A stretch of DNA of 64,000 bases from an uncultured Enterobacterales bacterium (GTDB lineage Bacteria; Pseudomonadota; Gammaproteobacteria; Enterobacterales; CALYQQ01), in assembly GCA_945288535.1 (NCBI GenBank), contig CALYQQ010000017.1, positions 1,733 through 65,732 of the forward strand, given 5' to 3'. The position numbers were made by a program, and so were the translations under genes. Shown in pieces: positions 32,391-45,400 of the stretch. The notes under the pieces are model-generated. The model did not search any database and was not told the origin of the DNA. It saw only the letters and a list, made by a program, of their open reading frames with translations. Position 1 is the stretch's first letter. Each line of letters begins with the position of its first letter.

Positions 32391-33320
32391 TTATGACTCC
32401 TGATGACTGTTAACTAAACTAACAAATAATTCTTCTAATCGATTTGCTTTATTTCGCATACTAAGAACATTGATATTCTGTTGATTTAATTGTGAAAAAA
32501 TAGCATTCAACCCTTGCAGACGATTAACACTTACTTCTAAGGTTGTCGAGTCAATTTGATGATATTGATAACCTTCTAGCACGATTTTTGTTTCATTTGC
32601 CGGTTGCTCTATATCAAAAATAAAAGTCTCAGACTGTAACTTTGCTAATAATAATTTCATTGAAGTATTTTCAATTAATTCCCCGTGTTGAATAATGCCT
32701 ATATTCCGGCAAAGCATTTCGGCCTCTTCGAGATAATGCGTTGTCAATATAATAGTCGTACCTTGTTGATTTAATTCTTTGAGAAAGTGCCACATTGAAC
32801 GCCTTAATTCGATATCAACGCCAGCCGTTGGTTCATCAAGAATTAACAGTTTAGGTGAATGCATTAATGCCCTTGCAATCATTAATCGTCTTTTCATCCC
32901 ACCTGAAAGCATACGCGCACTAACATTCCGTTTATCCCATAATTCCAATTGCGTTAAATAACGTTCAGCACGCACGATTGCTTGATGACGTGCAACGCCA
33001 TAATAGCCAGCTTGATTTACCACAATTTGTAACACTGTTTCAAATGGATTGAAATTAAACTCTTGAGGAACTAACCCAAGCTGGCGTTTTGCATTAACGA
33101 CATCTTTATCAATGTCATAGCCAAATACAGATACTTTACCTGATGTTTTATTTACGAGTGAACTGATAATGCCGATCGTAGTCGATTTTCCTGCGCCATT
33201 CGGGCCGAGTAACGCATAAAAATCACCTGCAGCAACAGTTAAATTAATTCCTTTGAGTGCCTGAATACCGCCTGCATATTGTTTTGTAAGATTAACTAAT
33301 TCAAGAGCATTTGCCGTCAT
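32391..33320 (-). CDS. yadG: ABC transporter ATP-binding protein YadG
   Basis: Walker A GPNGAGKST, signature LSGGMKRRLMIARAL and Walker B LLILDEPTAGVD, with a C-terminal extension typical of YadG. Confidence 0.88.
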   Translation of the reverse strand: MTANALELVNLTKQYAGGIQALKGINLTVAAGDFYALLGPNGAGKSTTIGIISSLVNKTSGKVSVFGYDIDKDVVNAKRQLGLVPQEFNFNPFETVLQIVVNQAGYYGVARHQAIVRAERYLTQLELWDKRNVSARMLSGGMKRRLMIARALMHSPKLLILDEPTAGVDIELRRSMWHFLKELNQQGTTIILTTHYLEEAEMLCRNIGIIQHGELIENTSMKLLLAKLQSETFIFDIEQPANETKIVLEGYQYHQIDSTTLEVSVNRLQGLNAIFSQLNQQNINVLSMRNKANRLEELFVSLVNSHQES

Positions 33321-33669
33321 GGATAATTCACTACCTCATTATTGTTATGAAAAGCGTTTTAATTACACGCCATGCAATTTAACATATTAGATTACATTGT
33401 AGGTTATAATTATTTTGTAATAATCTTCCTGCTGACAAACGAGTTATAAACTATTCAATAGATATAAATCGCAATTTAATAATAAATAACTCATATTTAT
33501 CAATAATTACTTTTTTTTTGCATTTTTGCTTAATAACTCAAAAAGTATTTGTTGAGCTTTTAACCATTATGATAAGGTGGGCTGAAAAGCAGGTAAGCAT
33601 TCAATAAATCAATTTATGATAAAATTGCTTATATTATATTATTGTCACTGATTACAGGCTATTTAGATA

Positions 33670-34347
33670 ATGAAAAATATTGAGGATTTACTTCAACGTA
33701 ATCACGACTGGTCTAAAAGGATAAATGAAGAAGATGCAGGTTTTTTTAAGCGCATGGCAAAAACACAAAAACCTCGTTTTCTTTGGATTGGCTGTTCTGA
33801 CAGTCGGGTACCTGCAGAACAATTAACCTGCCTTGATCCTGGCGACCTTTTCGTTCACCGTAATGTAGCAAATCTTGTTATACATACTGATTTAAATTGT
33901 TTATCCGTTGTGCAATATGCGGTTGATGTTTTAGAAGTTGAGCACATTATTATTTGTGGCCATTACCATTGTGGTGGCATTACTGCTGCTATGCAAAATC
34001 CAGAACTTGGCCTCATTAATAATTGGTTACTTCATATTCGCGATCTCTGGTTTAAGCATAGTGCTCTTCTTGGTGAATTACCTCCTGAAAAAAGAGCTGA
34101 TGTGTTAAGTGAAATCAACGTAATTGAACAGGTTTATAATCTCGGTCACTCAACAATTTTGCAGTCTGCCTGGAAACGTGGTCAAGATATTAAAGTTCAC
34201 GGTTGGGTATATGGTATGAGTGATGGCAAAATACATGATCTTGAAATAAGCGCAAATAGCCGTGAATCGCTTGAACTTCAGTATCGCAAATCCATTTCTT
34301 TGCTCTTAAAACAAGAAACTTGTTTGCAAGAGGCGGATATTAGTTAA
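33670..34347 (+). CDS. can: Beta-class carbonic anhydrase 2
   Basis: [65 protein letters not shown]. Near-identical to E. coli Can, with the Zn ligands C/H/C conserved. Confidence 0.95.
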   Translation: MKNIEDLLQRNHDWSKRINEEDAGFFKRMAKTQKPRFLWIGCSDSRVPAEQLTCLDPGDLFVHRNVANLVIHTDLNCLSVVQYAVDVLEVEHIIICGHYHCGGITAAMQNPELGLINNWLLHIRDLWFKHSALLGELPPEKRADVLSEINVIEQVYNLGHSTILQSAWKRGQDIKVHGWVYGMSDGKIHDLEISANSRESLELQYRKSISLLLKQETCLQEADIS

Positions 34348-34467
34348 TACACTATAAATGTATAGCATTCATGGTAATAATGAGATTGTTTGCCTAAGTA
34401 CTACGTATATTAGTAATGCGCTCTACAGTTTCATATCTTATAGAGCGTTAGTGGCATAATGACTTTT

Positions 34468-35004
34468 TTACTCATCTAATATGATGACTTGTCCTATATA
34501 AGGCAGATAGCGATAACGTTGTGCATAATCGATACCAAAACCAACAACAAACTCATCAGGGATTGAAAAACCAATATATTCAACAGTGACATCGGCCTCC
34601 CGACGTGACGGTTTATCGAGTAAAGTACAAATAGATAATGACGCTGGGTTGCGTAATTGTAAAATTTCTTTTACTTTACTCAATGTATGACCGGTATCTA
34701 TAATATCTTCAACAATCAGCACATGTTTACCAACAATATCTTCATCAAGATCTTTTAATATTTTAACATCACGACTACTGTGCATATTACTGCCATAACT
34801 AGATACTGTCATAAAATCAACTTCATGACTCACCTTAAGTGCTCGAGAGAGATCGGCCATAAAAATAAACGAACCACGTAATAATCCGACTAAAACTAAC
34901 TGATCTTCACAACCTTTATAGCGTTGATTTATTTCAGTTGCTAATGCAGTAACTCGTTCTTTGATCTCTTGTTCTGAGATCATAATTTCAACAGTATGCT
35001 TCAT
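34468..35004 (-). CDS. hpt: Hypoxanthine phosphoribosyltransferase
   Basis: 178 aa with [15 protein letters not shown] and [14 protein letters not shown] (PRPP-binding motif). Convergent with can, as in E. coli. Confidence 0.95.
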   Translation of the reverse strand: MKHTVEIMISEQEIKERVTALATEINQRYKGCEDQLVLVGLLRGSFIFMADLSRALKVSHEVDFMTVSSYGSNMHSSRDVKILKDLDEDIVGKHVLIVEDIIDTGHTLSKVKEILQLRNPASLSICTLLDKPSRREADVTVEYIGFSIPDEFVVGFGIDYAQRYRYLPYIGQVIILDE

Positions 35005-35604
35005 GACATAGTCTCAAGGTTTATTTATTAAGTAATTTAGCGTAATAAAATCGTATTAACAATTAATTGCCGCAGCTAGTTTATCATAAAGCAGAATGAA
35101 TAAACTAAGTCTATATTAGGTTTAATAATCATTAATCTATAACTTAGCCCATGGCTTTTGAAATAATCACTTTAATTAAACATAATTAAATAGGTATTGG
35201 CACAACGGAAACGTGTTTAGTTCTATTGAGATATTAAAAATGTCCTTTTAATGATATCGATTCTTGTTAATCATTAACCCACCGTTCAACTTTATTTTGA
35301 TAACGATAATATGATATCTTTTGCTAAAGTACACTATAAAAAATAGTCGCTGCAATGATAATAATAGCTTTATTACCAGTGAGATATCATGCTACTTGAA
35401 TAGTATTCCTCGCTCTTTTTCAGCACTGCAATTAACCATTATTTTGTCAAACAGTTAACATAACAAATCACAACTCTAGCTATAGGTCTTATAGGGAGTA
35501 AATACAAAATATCCTACTGATAATAGTAACCAGACTAAATCGTTGTCTGAACGCTATTTATGCAACATTCAGATAAGTTAACTATATTATGAATGACGAA
35601 ATAA

Positions 35605-36573
35605 TTATCTAAACAATTGATCAATAAAGTTAATATCATTTTCACTCAATCGAAAAGAAAGCGTGCGTAAATTATCTTCTACCTGATTAGCGGTTTTAGC
35701 ACCAGGAATAAGTGCTGTTATTTCAGGACGTGTTAAATACCAGGCAAGAACAATATGGGTGATTTCAACATGATACTTTTTAGCAATATCTAATAATTTA
35801 GCTACTTTTATCAAAGTAGCATTTAATTTTTGTCCTTTAAAATTGGCTTGTTCATTACGCAAATCACCTTTAGGAAAGGTAACATCAGCATGATATTTAC
35901 CGGTTAATAATCCAGATGCTAAAGGAAAATAAGGGATAAATGAGATACCTTGTTCAACACAATAAGGAAATAGCTGATGTTCATTTTGACGATGAAGGAG
36001 ATTATATTCATCCTGTACTACATCAACCCAACCTTGTTTATTGGCTTGCTGTAATTGAGCTAATGAAAAATTTGAAACACCAATTGCTCTAATTTTACCC
36101 ATTTGTTTCAATTCTTGTAGTGCAGCTACGGCTTCATCTTTAGCCGTATGATTATCAGGAAAATGAATATAAAAAATATCGATGTAGTCTGTTTGTAGTC
36201 TTTTCAGTGCATCATCCACTGATGTTTTTAAAAAAGAAGGAGAATTATCTAGCACAATTTGATTATTAACATAGCGATGCGCCGCTTTAGTTGCAATAAC
36301 AACATCATACCGATTAAACTCTTTAATAACTTCACCAATAAGCGTTTCTGAACGACCATTACCATAAATAAATGCTGTATCTAAAAGTTGGACACCTTTT
36401 CTTATTGCTGCGCGAATTAAAGCTTTTCCGTTATTTTCATCCAAATTTGGGTAAAGATTATGACCACCAACAGCATTAGCGCCTACACCAATAGGAAAAA
36501 ACGAAACATCTGAATGCCCAATCTTGACTTGACTTATTTCCATCATAGTTGACATAGCATGATCCTTAATCAC
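35605..36573 (-). CDS. Aldo/keto reductase family oxidoreductase
   Basis: AKR hallmarks: [18 protein letters not shown] (catalytic D/Y region), [41 protein letters not shown] and [12 protein letters not shown]. The start is uncertain (36573 or the MSTMMEIS start at 36555). Confidence 0.85.
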   Translation of the reverse strand: MIKDHAMSTMMEISQVKIGHSDVSFFPIGVGANAVGGHNLYPNLDENNGKALIRAAIRKGVQLLDTAFIYGNGRSETLIGEVIKEFNRYDVVIATKAAHRYVNNQIVLDNSPSFLKTSVDDALKRLQTDYIDIFYIHFPDNHTAKDEAVAALQELKQMGKIRAIGVSNFSLAQLQQANKQGWVDVVQDEYNLLHRQNEHQLFPYCVEQGISFIPYFPLASGLLTGKYHADVTFPKGDLRNEQANFKGQKLNATLIKVAKLLDIAKKYHVEITHIVLAWYLTRPEITALIPGAKTANQVEDNLRTLSFRLSENDINFIDQLFR

Positions 36574-37181
36574 TGATGTTTTGTTTAACTTTTAGTCATA
36601 TGATATCATCGATGCACCATATCCGATATTTTTATTCGTTGTTATTTGTTATCGTTTAATGAATAAAATAGTAGAAATAAGATATATAGTAGCCCAACCA
36701 TAATCTACAACATTTCCCCTATAGGTTTAGTAAATATGCCACTTATTAAAATTAATTATATTAAATAGTCTTACTAATCAATAAAATACTGTATCCTTTG
36801 TTAGGCTATATAATTAATTCTTCTGGAAACCTTATGCTATTCATGATAATAAAGTGATCCTACGCGGCTAAGCTTTTCGATTTAGTTAGTCTGCATATAT
36901 TTTTAATCATAAATACAGATTAGCCATTTTGCTTATTTGCAGTTAGATTCTATTTGTAAGGCTAGTATTTATCGTTAAACATACAAACCAGCTATTAAAT
37001 AAAATAATATTCTATTCATTATTTTTTACCTATCAATTAGAGGTCAATAAAATACACTTTTAATCAATAGCAAATATATACGCTAACAACTTATAACAAT
37101 AATACGCATGCTCAATGGGTTCTTTGCTGACCATCGGCAACACTTTTCCATTCTAGTCTGGCTAAGCGTAGAGGGTAAGCA

Positions 37182-38648
37182 ATGCAAAAGAATAAACTAA
37201 CTCATGATGACCTGATTCATCATGTTAATGAATATATAGATAGTCACATTGAAACATTTTCTACATTAAGTGATACGATCTGGGATCACCCAGAAACACG
37301 TTTTAATGAATATTTTTCTGCTAACTTATTAGCGGATACACTTGAAAAAGCAAATTTTCATCTGGAACGTGGGGTAGCCAATATTGAAACAGCATTTATT
37401 GCAAGTTATGGTTCAGGATCACCTGTCATTGCAATATTGGGCGAATATGACGCCTTAGCAGGTTTAAGTCAACAAGCCGGATGCGCATATAAGCAACCAA
37501 TTAATGAAAATGGCAATGGTCATGGCTGCGGACATAATATTCTTGGCACTGCAGCCCTTGCAAGCGTGCTAGCAGTTAAAACCCTGATGGAACAATATGC
37601 TATTTCTGGCACAATTCGATTTTATGGTTGTCCAGGCGAAGAAGGGGGCTCCGGAAAAACCTTTATGGTTAGAGCGGGTGTATTTGATGATGTTGACGTT
37701 GCATTAACATGGCATCCAGAAGCCTTTAGTGGTATGTTCAACAATCCAACACTAGCCAATATTCAAACGGCATTTCATTTTAAAGGTGTAGCTGCTCACG
37801 CAGCTAATTCACCCCATCTCGGCCGAAGTGCTCTTGATGCGGTTACATTAATGACAGTGGGGACCAATTTTTTAAATGAACATATTATTTCTGATGCACG
37901 AGTTCATTATGCGATTACTAATTCCGGTGGCATGTCACCCAATGTTGTGCAAGCAGAATCAGAAATACTCTATTTAGTAAGAGCGCCACAACTTGCTCAA
38001 GCACAACAAATTTATCAGCGCATCATAAAAATTGCTGAAGGCGCTGCTTTAATGACAGAAACAGACCTTAAAATAAATTTTATTAAGGCTTGTTCCAATT
38101 ACGTACCTAATCGGACACTCGAACGTATCATGTACACATTTATTTGTGCGTTGGGTACGCCACAATGGAGCAAAAAAGATTATCAATTTGCGCAGGCTAT
38201 CCGCGAAACAATTACACCAAATGAATTGGAAAATGCACTAGACAATATTGCTAGAACGGCTGGGGATGCTGGACGGCGTTATGCAGAAGAGATTGCTGAT
38301 CAAATACTCACAGAACGAGTAGCACCTTATTGCGAATCAAACGAACTGATGTTTGGTTCTACAGATGTAGGTGATGTCAGTTGGGTCGTTCCTACTGCAC
38401 AATGTTACAGCCCTTGCTTTGCTATCGGTACACCCTTACACACCTGGCAATTAGTTTCTCAAGGTCGAACCTCTATCGCACACAAAGGACTACATTTGGC
38501 TAGCCGAGTATTAGCATTAACTGCCCTCTCGTTGTTGACTGAACCGGCACAAGTGGCAGAATGTCAGCAAGAGTTTAAGAATTATCGGCGCAAACATCGC
38601 TATATTTGCCCTATTCCAGATGACATTACCCCATCACCTATTAGTTAA
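37182..38648 (+). CDS. abgB: M20-family amidohydrolase, p-aminobenzoyl-glutamate hydrolase subunit B-like
   Basis: IWDHPETRFNE, ILGEYDALAGLSQQAGC, NGHGCGHN, RFYGCPGEEGGSGKTFMVRAGVFDDVD, GVAAHAANSPHLGRSALDA and GTPLHTWQLVSQGRTSIAHKG are collinear with E. coli AbgB. Confidence 0.85.
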   Translation: MQKNKLTHDDLIHHVNEYIDSHIETFSTLSDTIWDHPETRFNEYFSANLLADTLEKANFHLERGVANIETAFIASYGSGSPVIAILGEYDALAGLSQQAGCAYKQPINENGNGHGCGHNILGTAALASVLAVKTLMEQYAISGTIRFYGCPGEEGGSGKTFMVRAGVFDDVDVALTWHPEAFSGMFNNPTLANIQTAFHFKGVAAHAANSPHLGRSALDAVTLMTVGTNFLNEHIISDARVHYAITNSGGMSPNVVQAESEILYLVRAPQLAQAQQIYQRIIKIAEGAALMTETDLKINFIKACSNYVPNRTLERIMYTFICALGTPQWSKKDYQFAQAIRETITPNELENALDNIARTAGDAGRRYAEEIADQILTERVAPYCESNELMFGSTDVGDVSWVVPTAQCYSPCFAIGTPLHTWQLVSQGRTSIAHKGLHLASRVLALTALSLLTEPAQVAECQQEFKNYRRKHRYICPIPDDITPSPIS

Positions 38649-38723
38649 TCGCATTTCTCAACTGAATAGCGTGCATTATAAAATGACATTAGTGCGGCAT
38701 AAGAACTGATAAAAGGTAATATA

Positions 38724-40250
38724 ATGAATAATACGACTCAAGCAAATACCAACGCAGACAGTTTTTTGCGAATTATTGAACGAATTGGTAATAAAATTCC
38801 TCATCCATTTCTTTTATTTATTTATCTTATTGTTCTGTTGATGCTGACCACTGCGGTTATTTCCTGGTTAAATATTACGGTAAAAAATCCAATAAATAGT
38901 GAAATAATTTATATAAAAAATTTGCTTAGTCGGGAGGGTATTCAATGGATTTTACCTAATATGCTGAAAAATTTCAGTGGATTTACACCACTGGGGGCTA
39001 TTTTGGCGTTAGTATTAGGTGTGGGTTTGGCCGAACGCGTCGGCTTATTACAAACCTTAATGTACAAAATGGCGACTAAAGTTAAAGCGCGTTACGCCAG
39101 TTATACTGTCTTATTTATCGCTTTTTTTAGTCATATTTCATCTGATGCAGCCCTGATCATTATGCCACCACTGGGCGCATTAATTTTCATGGCTGTAGGG
39201 CGTCATCCCATCGCCGGGTTATTAGCTGCTATTGCGGGTGTTGGTTCTGGTTTTACTGCTAATATATTGATTGTTACTACCGATGTCTTACTTTCTGGTA
39301 TTAGTAGCGAGGCGAGCAAAATCATTAATCCTCATTTAAGTGTAAGTGTCATTGATAATTGGTATTTTATGTCTTGCTCCGTCATATTACTTACTTTTGT
39401 TGGAGCGGTAATCACCGACAAGATCATTGAACCCCATTTAGGTATGTATCAAGGCAATAAAGATAATACACTACAAGAAATCACTGCAGAAGAAAATCGT
39501 GGACTAAAAGCAAGTGGTATTGCCGCCCTAATGTTTATTATCGTTATAGCAATGATGACCGTTCCACAACATGGTATATTACGCGATCCTATTCAGGGAA
39601 CATTAATACCTTCCCCATTTATTAAAGGAATTGTACCATTAATTATTCTTTTCTTTGTCGTAGTTTCTTTACCTTATGGTTACATTACCGGGCAAATTCG
39701 ATCACAATCAGATATTCCCCGTTTACTGACTGAGCCTATGAAAACGATGGCTGAATTTATTGTTATGGTATTCCCATTATCTCAATTTGTGGCGTTTTTT
39801 AACTGGAGTAACATGGGGAAATTTATTGCCGTCGGACTGACGCAATATCTACAAACTTTATCCTTAACAGGTATGACTGCCTTTATTGCATTGATTTTTT
39901 TATCTGCTTTTTTATGTATGTTTATTGCAAGTGGTTCTGCTATTTGGTCGATTTTGTCACCTATTTTCGTTCCCATGTTTATCTTGCTGGGCTACCATCC
40001 AGCATTTGCACAACTTATTTTTCGCATTGCTGACTCGGCTGTGATCCCTCTTGCTCCTGTATCACCTTTTATTCCTATATTCCTCAGTTTTTTACAACGT
40101 TATCGACCAGATGCTAAATTAGGAACCTATTATTCATTAATTATGCCATATCCAATGATTTACTTTATCTGTTGGCTAGCTCTAGTGATAATCTGGTATA
40201 CATTAGGATTACCTATTGGCCCTGGCATATATCCTAAGCTCGCTATTTGA
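38724..40250 (+). CDS. abgT: AbgT-family transporter (p-aminobenzoyl-glutamate / antimetabolite transporter family)
   Basis: 508 aa polytopic membrane protein starting FLRIIERIGNKIPHPF, the typical AbgT N-terminus. Directly downstream of abgB. Confidence 0.85.
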   Translation: MNNTTQANTNADSFLRIIERIGNKIPHPFLLFIYLIVLLMLTTAVISWLNITVKNPINSEIIYIKNLLSREGIQWILPNMLKNFSGFTPLGAILALVLGVGLAERVGLLQTLMYKMATKVKARYASYTVLFIAFFSHISSDAALIIMPPLGALIFMAVGRHPIAGLLAAIAGVGSGFTANILIVTTDVLLSGISSEASKIINPHLSVSVIDNWYFMSCSVILLTFVGAVITDKIIEPHLGMYQGNKDNTLQEITAEENRGLKASGIAALMFIIVIAMMTVPQHGILRDPIQGTLIPSPFIKGIVPLIILFFVVVSLPYGYITGQIRSQSDIPRLLTEPMKTMAEFIVMVFPLSQFVAFFNWSNMGKFIAVGLTQYLQTLSLTGMTAFIALIFLSAFLCMFIASGSAIWSILSPIFVPMFILLGYHPAFAQLIFRIADSAVIPLAPVSPFIPIFLSFLQRYRPDAKLGTYYSLIMPYPMIYFICWLALVIIWYTLGLPIGPGIYPKLAI

Positions 40251-40320
40251 TATATACTCTTATGATTAACTGTACCTTAGTACCTATGCATTAGGTTTCT
40301 TAATTATCAAGATGAACCAT

Positions 40321-41811
40321 TTAGGTTGCTTTGTTCATAACATAAGAGAGTGCATCAATAATATCACTCGCTAATACACCATAATTACCTTTAACGGTTG
40401 ACGCATGTTCTCCTGCTAAACCATGTATATAAACAGCTAGCCTTGTGGCTGATATAGATGATAAACCTTGTGCGATTAGAGCGGCGATAACACCCGTTAA
40501 AGTGTCGCCTGATCCCCCTTTTGCCATCGCTTGGCAACCAGATTGATTTATATAAATCATATTTTTACCATCACTTACAATAGTACGACTATCTTTAAGC
40601 ACACAAATAATGTTATGTTGTCGAGCAAAGTTATCTGCGTTCCTAACTAATTGCATTGTAATATCTTTTACACTTTTATTAATTAACCTTGCCATCTCAC
40701 CTGGATGTGGTGTCATAATCCAATCACGATGAGATAAATTAAGTAATCGTGGCGACGCAGCGATTAAATTAAGTGCATCTGCATCAATAATTAAGGGAAC
40801 TTTTGTATGTGTTAATACTATTGTTAAGAGAGCATGGGAATGAGAGGATTGATTTAATCCTGGGCCGATGACAATAACAGTAGCCTTCGCAATTTGTTGT
40901 TGTAACGCTACCTTATCTAAAGCAAGGGGATCATACGCAACAAAAATGGCCTCAGGTAATTGACTTTGTAAAATAATACGATTGGCAACCGGACTATAAA
41001 TTTTGACAATACCAGCCCCACTAGACAATGCCGCTTTAGCTGAAAAAAAAGCTGCACCCGACATATTCTCACTTCCTGCAATAACCAAAACATGACCATA
41101 ACTGCCTTTATGCGAGTTTTTTCGTCGTTCGGGTAATAATGCGAGATCCTTTTTTGTATAACTAAAGTAGGTAGGTGGCAAATCAACCACGGCTTGACGA
41201 TGAATACCGATATCCGCTACATCAAGCTGACCTACGTAATCGGCACCAGGATAAAGAATACATCCTACTTTTTTAAAACCAAAACAGAGTGTATAGGAAG
41301 ATTTAATCGCAACACCCATAATTTGACCTGATTCTGCATGAATACCGGAAGGTATATCTAATGCTAAAACAGGAATGCCACTATGGTTAATTTTATTGAT
41401 TAATGTAGCAAGTTTACCTCCAATATCACGCGTTAATCCCGTACCGAACACTGCATCAATAATGACAGTATACTGACAAATATCTGTCGTGGGATAAACA
41501 GGAATAGCGAGTTTTTTAACTATATTCCATTGTTGCATCGTTTCGTCCGTACAAGCGTCAACTTGTCCGGCAAATAAAACGGTAACATCTATGTCTGATT
41601 GATATAATAATCGCGCTAATGCAAATCCATCTCCGCCATTATTTCCGCTGCCACATACGATGAGAACGCGACTCAAATCAAGCTTAATTGTCAATAACCA
41701 TTGATATGCCGCTAATGCAGCTCGCTCCATTAAAACCAACGAAGGAATACCCAATTCAGTAGTCGCTTTATCATAGTGTTGTATCTCATTGCCAGTGACA
41801 AGATATTCCAT
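40321..41811 (-). CDS. nnr: Bifunctional NAD(P)H-hydrate repair enzyme (epimerase/ADP-dependent dehydratase) Nnr/YjeF
   Basis: 496 aa. N-terminal YjeF_N (VCGSGNNGGDGFALARLL) and a C-terminal carbohydrate-kinase-like domain (GSYGHVLVIAGS..GAAFFSAKAAL..GGSGDTLTGVIAAL). Confidence 0.9.
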   Translation of the reverse strand: MEYLVTGNEIQHYDKATTELGIPSLVLMERAALAAYQWLLTIKLDLSRVLIVCGSGNNGGDGFALARLLYQSDIDVTVLFAGQVDACTDETMQQWNIVKKLAIPVYPTTDICQYTVIIDAVFGTGLTRDIGGKLATLINKINHSGIPVLALDIPSGIHAESGQIMGVAIKSSYTLCFGFKKVGCILYPGADYVGQLDVADIGIHRQAVVDLPPTYFSYTKKDLALLPERRKNSHKGSYGHVLVIAGSENMSGAAFFSAKAALSSGAGIVKIYSPVANRIILQSQLPEAIFVAYDPLALDKVALQQQIAKATVIVIGPGLNQSSHSHALLTIVLTHTKVPLIIDADALNLIAASPRLLNLSHRDWIMTPHPGEMARLINKSVKDITMQLVRNADNFARQHNIICVLKDSRTIVSDGKNMIYINQSGCQAMAKGGSGDTLTGVIAALIAQGLSSISATRLAVYIHGLAGEHASTVKGNYGVLASDIIDALSYVMNKAT

Positions 41812-42498
41812 TCTATTACCTTTTTATTAATAAGGATCAAAAAGTCTATTAATAATAAGATTAAATCAAGATAAAAAAAATAACGAATTTTATAGTCTGA
41901 TTAACAAAACAAGATAGATCAGAAAAGTAAAATAATATATTTTAATAAAATGTTGCAATAGTTAACATCGTTTAGCATATTAATGTTTCATTTTATATAT
42001 TTAATTAAATAATAATATACTAATTTTTATTTTTTTATCAAAATAATTTATTAAATAACATATTTTTTAATTATAAGTTAATTACAACATAATTTTATTT
42101 ATAATAAAATACTTAATCCTCAATTGAAACAAAAATATAGATTTAACAAATAATCAAGATAATTATAAAATATTTGTTATTTACCATGTTATTATAAACT
42201 AACTTCCATATAAGAATTAATTTTATTATGTGGTTTTTAATAAGATTATATTTGATATGTCATCTTTCTCATCGCATTTATTTACGTAACAGATTAATAA
42301 CATGACTATTTAACAAAACTTTTTTTTAATACTATACTTAAACGTAAGACGTATAATAATTATCTAATTCACTCTGTTTATTAACTGATATTATTCTAAT
42401 ATGCCATTTATAATTTCATGTATTAACAAGCTATATTTTAGTAAAAGGTATTTCTTAACTAAAATAGTCATACATAATATAAACTACAGGGGGAATTT

Positions 42499-45400
42499 AT
42501 GAAAAAAAATAGAAGTTATCCTTTTTTATTACTTCTATCTTATTTTAAATATTATGTACTTCTTAGTTTTTTTTATATTTATCCGATGACTACTTTAGCT
42601 TCTACTTTTAATGAACCCATCAATGAAGATAATTGGCAATCTTTTCTTGATACTCAAAGTGATAAAATTAATATAGCTAAAGATGGCCAAAATATATCCG
42701 CTATTTATATTAATCCAATAAAACCTGAAGATCTATTTAAAAAAAAGTTATATACCTATTCCTTGATGCAAGCTAAAGAAATATATATAACTAATAATTC
42801 TCATGAACCAAATAATCAAACTTTCGCCATTCAACTTGTTCCTCAATTAAATTTAGGTGATGAACAACAAATTGATACTACATTAAATCATGTCGAAGTC
42901 ATTCTGCCAAATAACACCAAAATAAATAGTTATGCACAACAGGGACAGGCAATAGGAATTCAAGCTGGATTAAGTTTTCAATTTTATCGTTCGAAAGAGA
43001 TTGAAGCTAATATTGGTTTTGGACAATTACTGACGTTAGGCACAAATAACCAATTATCAGTTAAAAATCAGCAAGGAAAAGCCACAGCACTCGATATATT
43101 TACGCTGGTTCAATTTAATGAAAATTTGCCCGATACGCAACCCGCAATTATTTATAGCGATATTAGTACAGATAATGTAATAATGATAGGCGAAAAAAGT
43201 AGGATTACTGCCGACGCATTTGCACAAGCAACAGGAATTAATATAAATAATCAAATTGATACTTTAAAATCTATTCCAGTTATGAATAGAACAATGCATC
43301 ATCCTGCGGCATCTAATTTGGTCATAGGAAATAACGCTATCATAAGGGCAACATCCATAGCAAATGATGCCATTGCTATTCAAAGTAAAACACTACTTAA
43401 CTACAAAGAATCAACCTCTATTCTTAGTTCTCCATTTCCAAGATTGCAAAATATAAGACAAAAATCAATCTTACATATTGGTGAAAATACCCAAATTGAA
43501 GCTAATGCAATACAAGGAAGTGCGGCAGGTATCGCATTTGGTAATGCTCAAATGTATTATGGTAATGATATTGCTGGTCTTGATTTTAGCATTAGTAAAA
43601 ACAGTTATTTATCACAAATAACGACTCAGCAAAATGTAAAAATTAATGTTGATGCCAAGCAGCAAGCTATTGGTATACTACTCATAGATGATTTTAATAA
43701 TAAAGAAAGCATTTCGGACCGATTTGGTGATCAGGTATCTAGTGAGGTTATACTTGAACTTGGTGAGAAAAATCAAATAGATGTGCGTACTTTACAACAA
43801 ACCAGCTATGCTGTTCAATTAATAAATAAAAGCTATATCCTGCCTAAAACTTCGGAATATGAATATCAAGGAACATCTTCGATCTCTGCAAAAATTGGTG
43901 AGTCTAATCAGCTTGTTAGTCAATCTGAGCATGGTAAGAGTTATGGATTATATATAAATAACGAAGCGACATTAATACCTATAGACGCTCTGGAAATGAA
44001 ACGCTTGGCAATAATTAATACGACATTAGCAAATAATGTCGCAATAACCAGCCGAGGGTATCAGCAGGCTTATGGTGTTTATATGAATATTGAAAATTAC
44101 CAATTAGTGCCTGAGAATCAATACCGTTTGGCAACGACACTTAATCTAGAAGGCGATCTAGACGTTTATTCATTTGCCACTGATAATAAGGAAACTTATG
44201 CCTTTTATCTTAGAGGCCATAATACCACGTTGGTATCAAATAACCCTGGTCGTTATCGCTTTATTGGACAAATTGTCGCTAATGATAATGCATTAATTGA
44301 TCTTCATGCGACCTCTGATTCAACAATGCTAAGTGATTTAATCGCTAATCATGCCACTATTAAAATGACTATGGCAGAAAACGCACATTTAATTGGTAGC
44401 GCCAACTATAACGCGCATAGTTTACTAAATTTAAGCTTACGTGATCAAGCTACGTGGTTAATGACTCGTGATTCAGCACTTTCATTGTTGGATATTCAAG
44501 ATCAGGTTAACATCTATCTTAGCCAACATCATGTAGGTTATAACACATCATCACAATCTAATATATTTAATAAACTCACAGTAAACTCACTTAATGGTAG
44601 GGGTAATATATGGATGAATGCTGATTTAGATAATGCTAATAAAGATCTCTCCGCCATTGATGAAACAACAACATTTAAAGATTTTTTATATGTTACCGAA
44701 CACCTAAATGGCAATTATGTTATAACCATGCCAAATCAAGCTAATTATCAGGGAGATGCTGATAATATTGTGTTAATTCGCTCAGATGATATTGCCAGTG
44801 ATGGCACCTTTCTCATGGCAAATGGTGCTGAATTTGGTGGCTATATTTATAATTTAAAGAAAATAACACGATCCGCTTCTGAGTGTCACAATAATCGTGG
44901 TTGCCATTATTGGGCACTCTCTTCCCATAAAAAACCATCAACAACTGTACGCGCTACCGTAAATTCTATTAACGCTGGATATTTGCTTACCTATGCTGAA
45001 ACGCAAACAAATTTGCAACGGTTTGGTCAGTTGCATAATAACAAACATTATCAAGGCGATATTTGGTTTCATAGCTTCGCTGGAGGAATAAATGCCTTTG
45101 ATGCATCCCCTATGTTAGAAGAGTCTCGTTTAAAATATCGTGGTTTTCAATTGGGTGCCGATAAACAAGTTCACCAAACGAATAATGTACAATATATCGG
45201 TACGCTTGCTGGTCTTTCCACTGCCGATCTATATTATAAACTTGGGGAGGGTTCACTAAGAAACTGGCATTTTGGTTTTTATGATACATTATTATTTAAT
45301 AATCAGATTTATATTGATATATTAACGAAATATACTCAAATGACACATCATTATCAAGTTGATGATTCTCTTGGTAATAAAGTTAATGGTAAAGTACATA

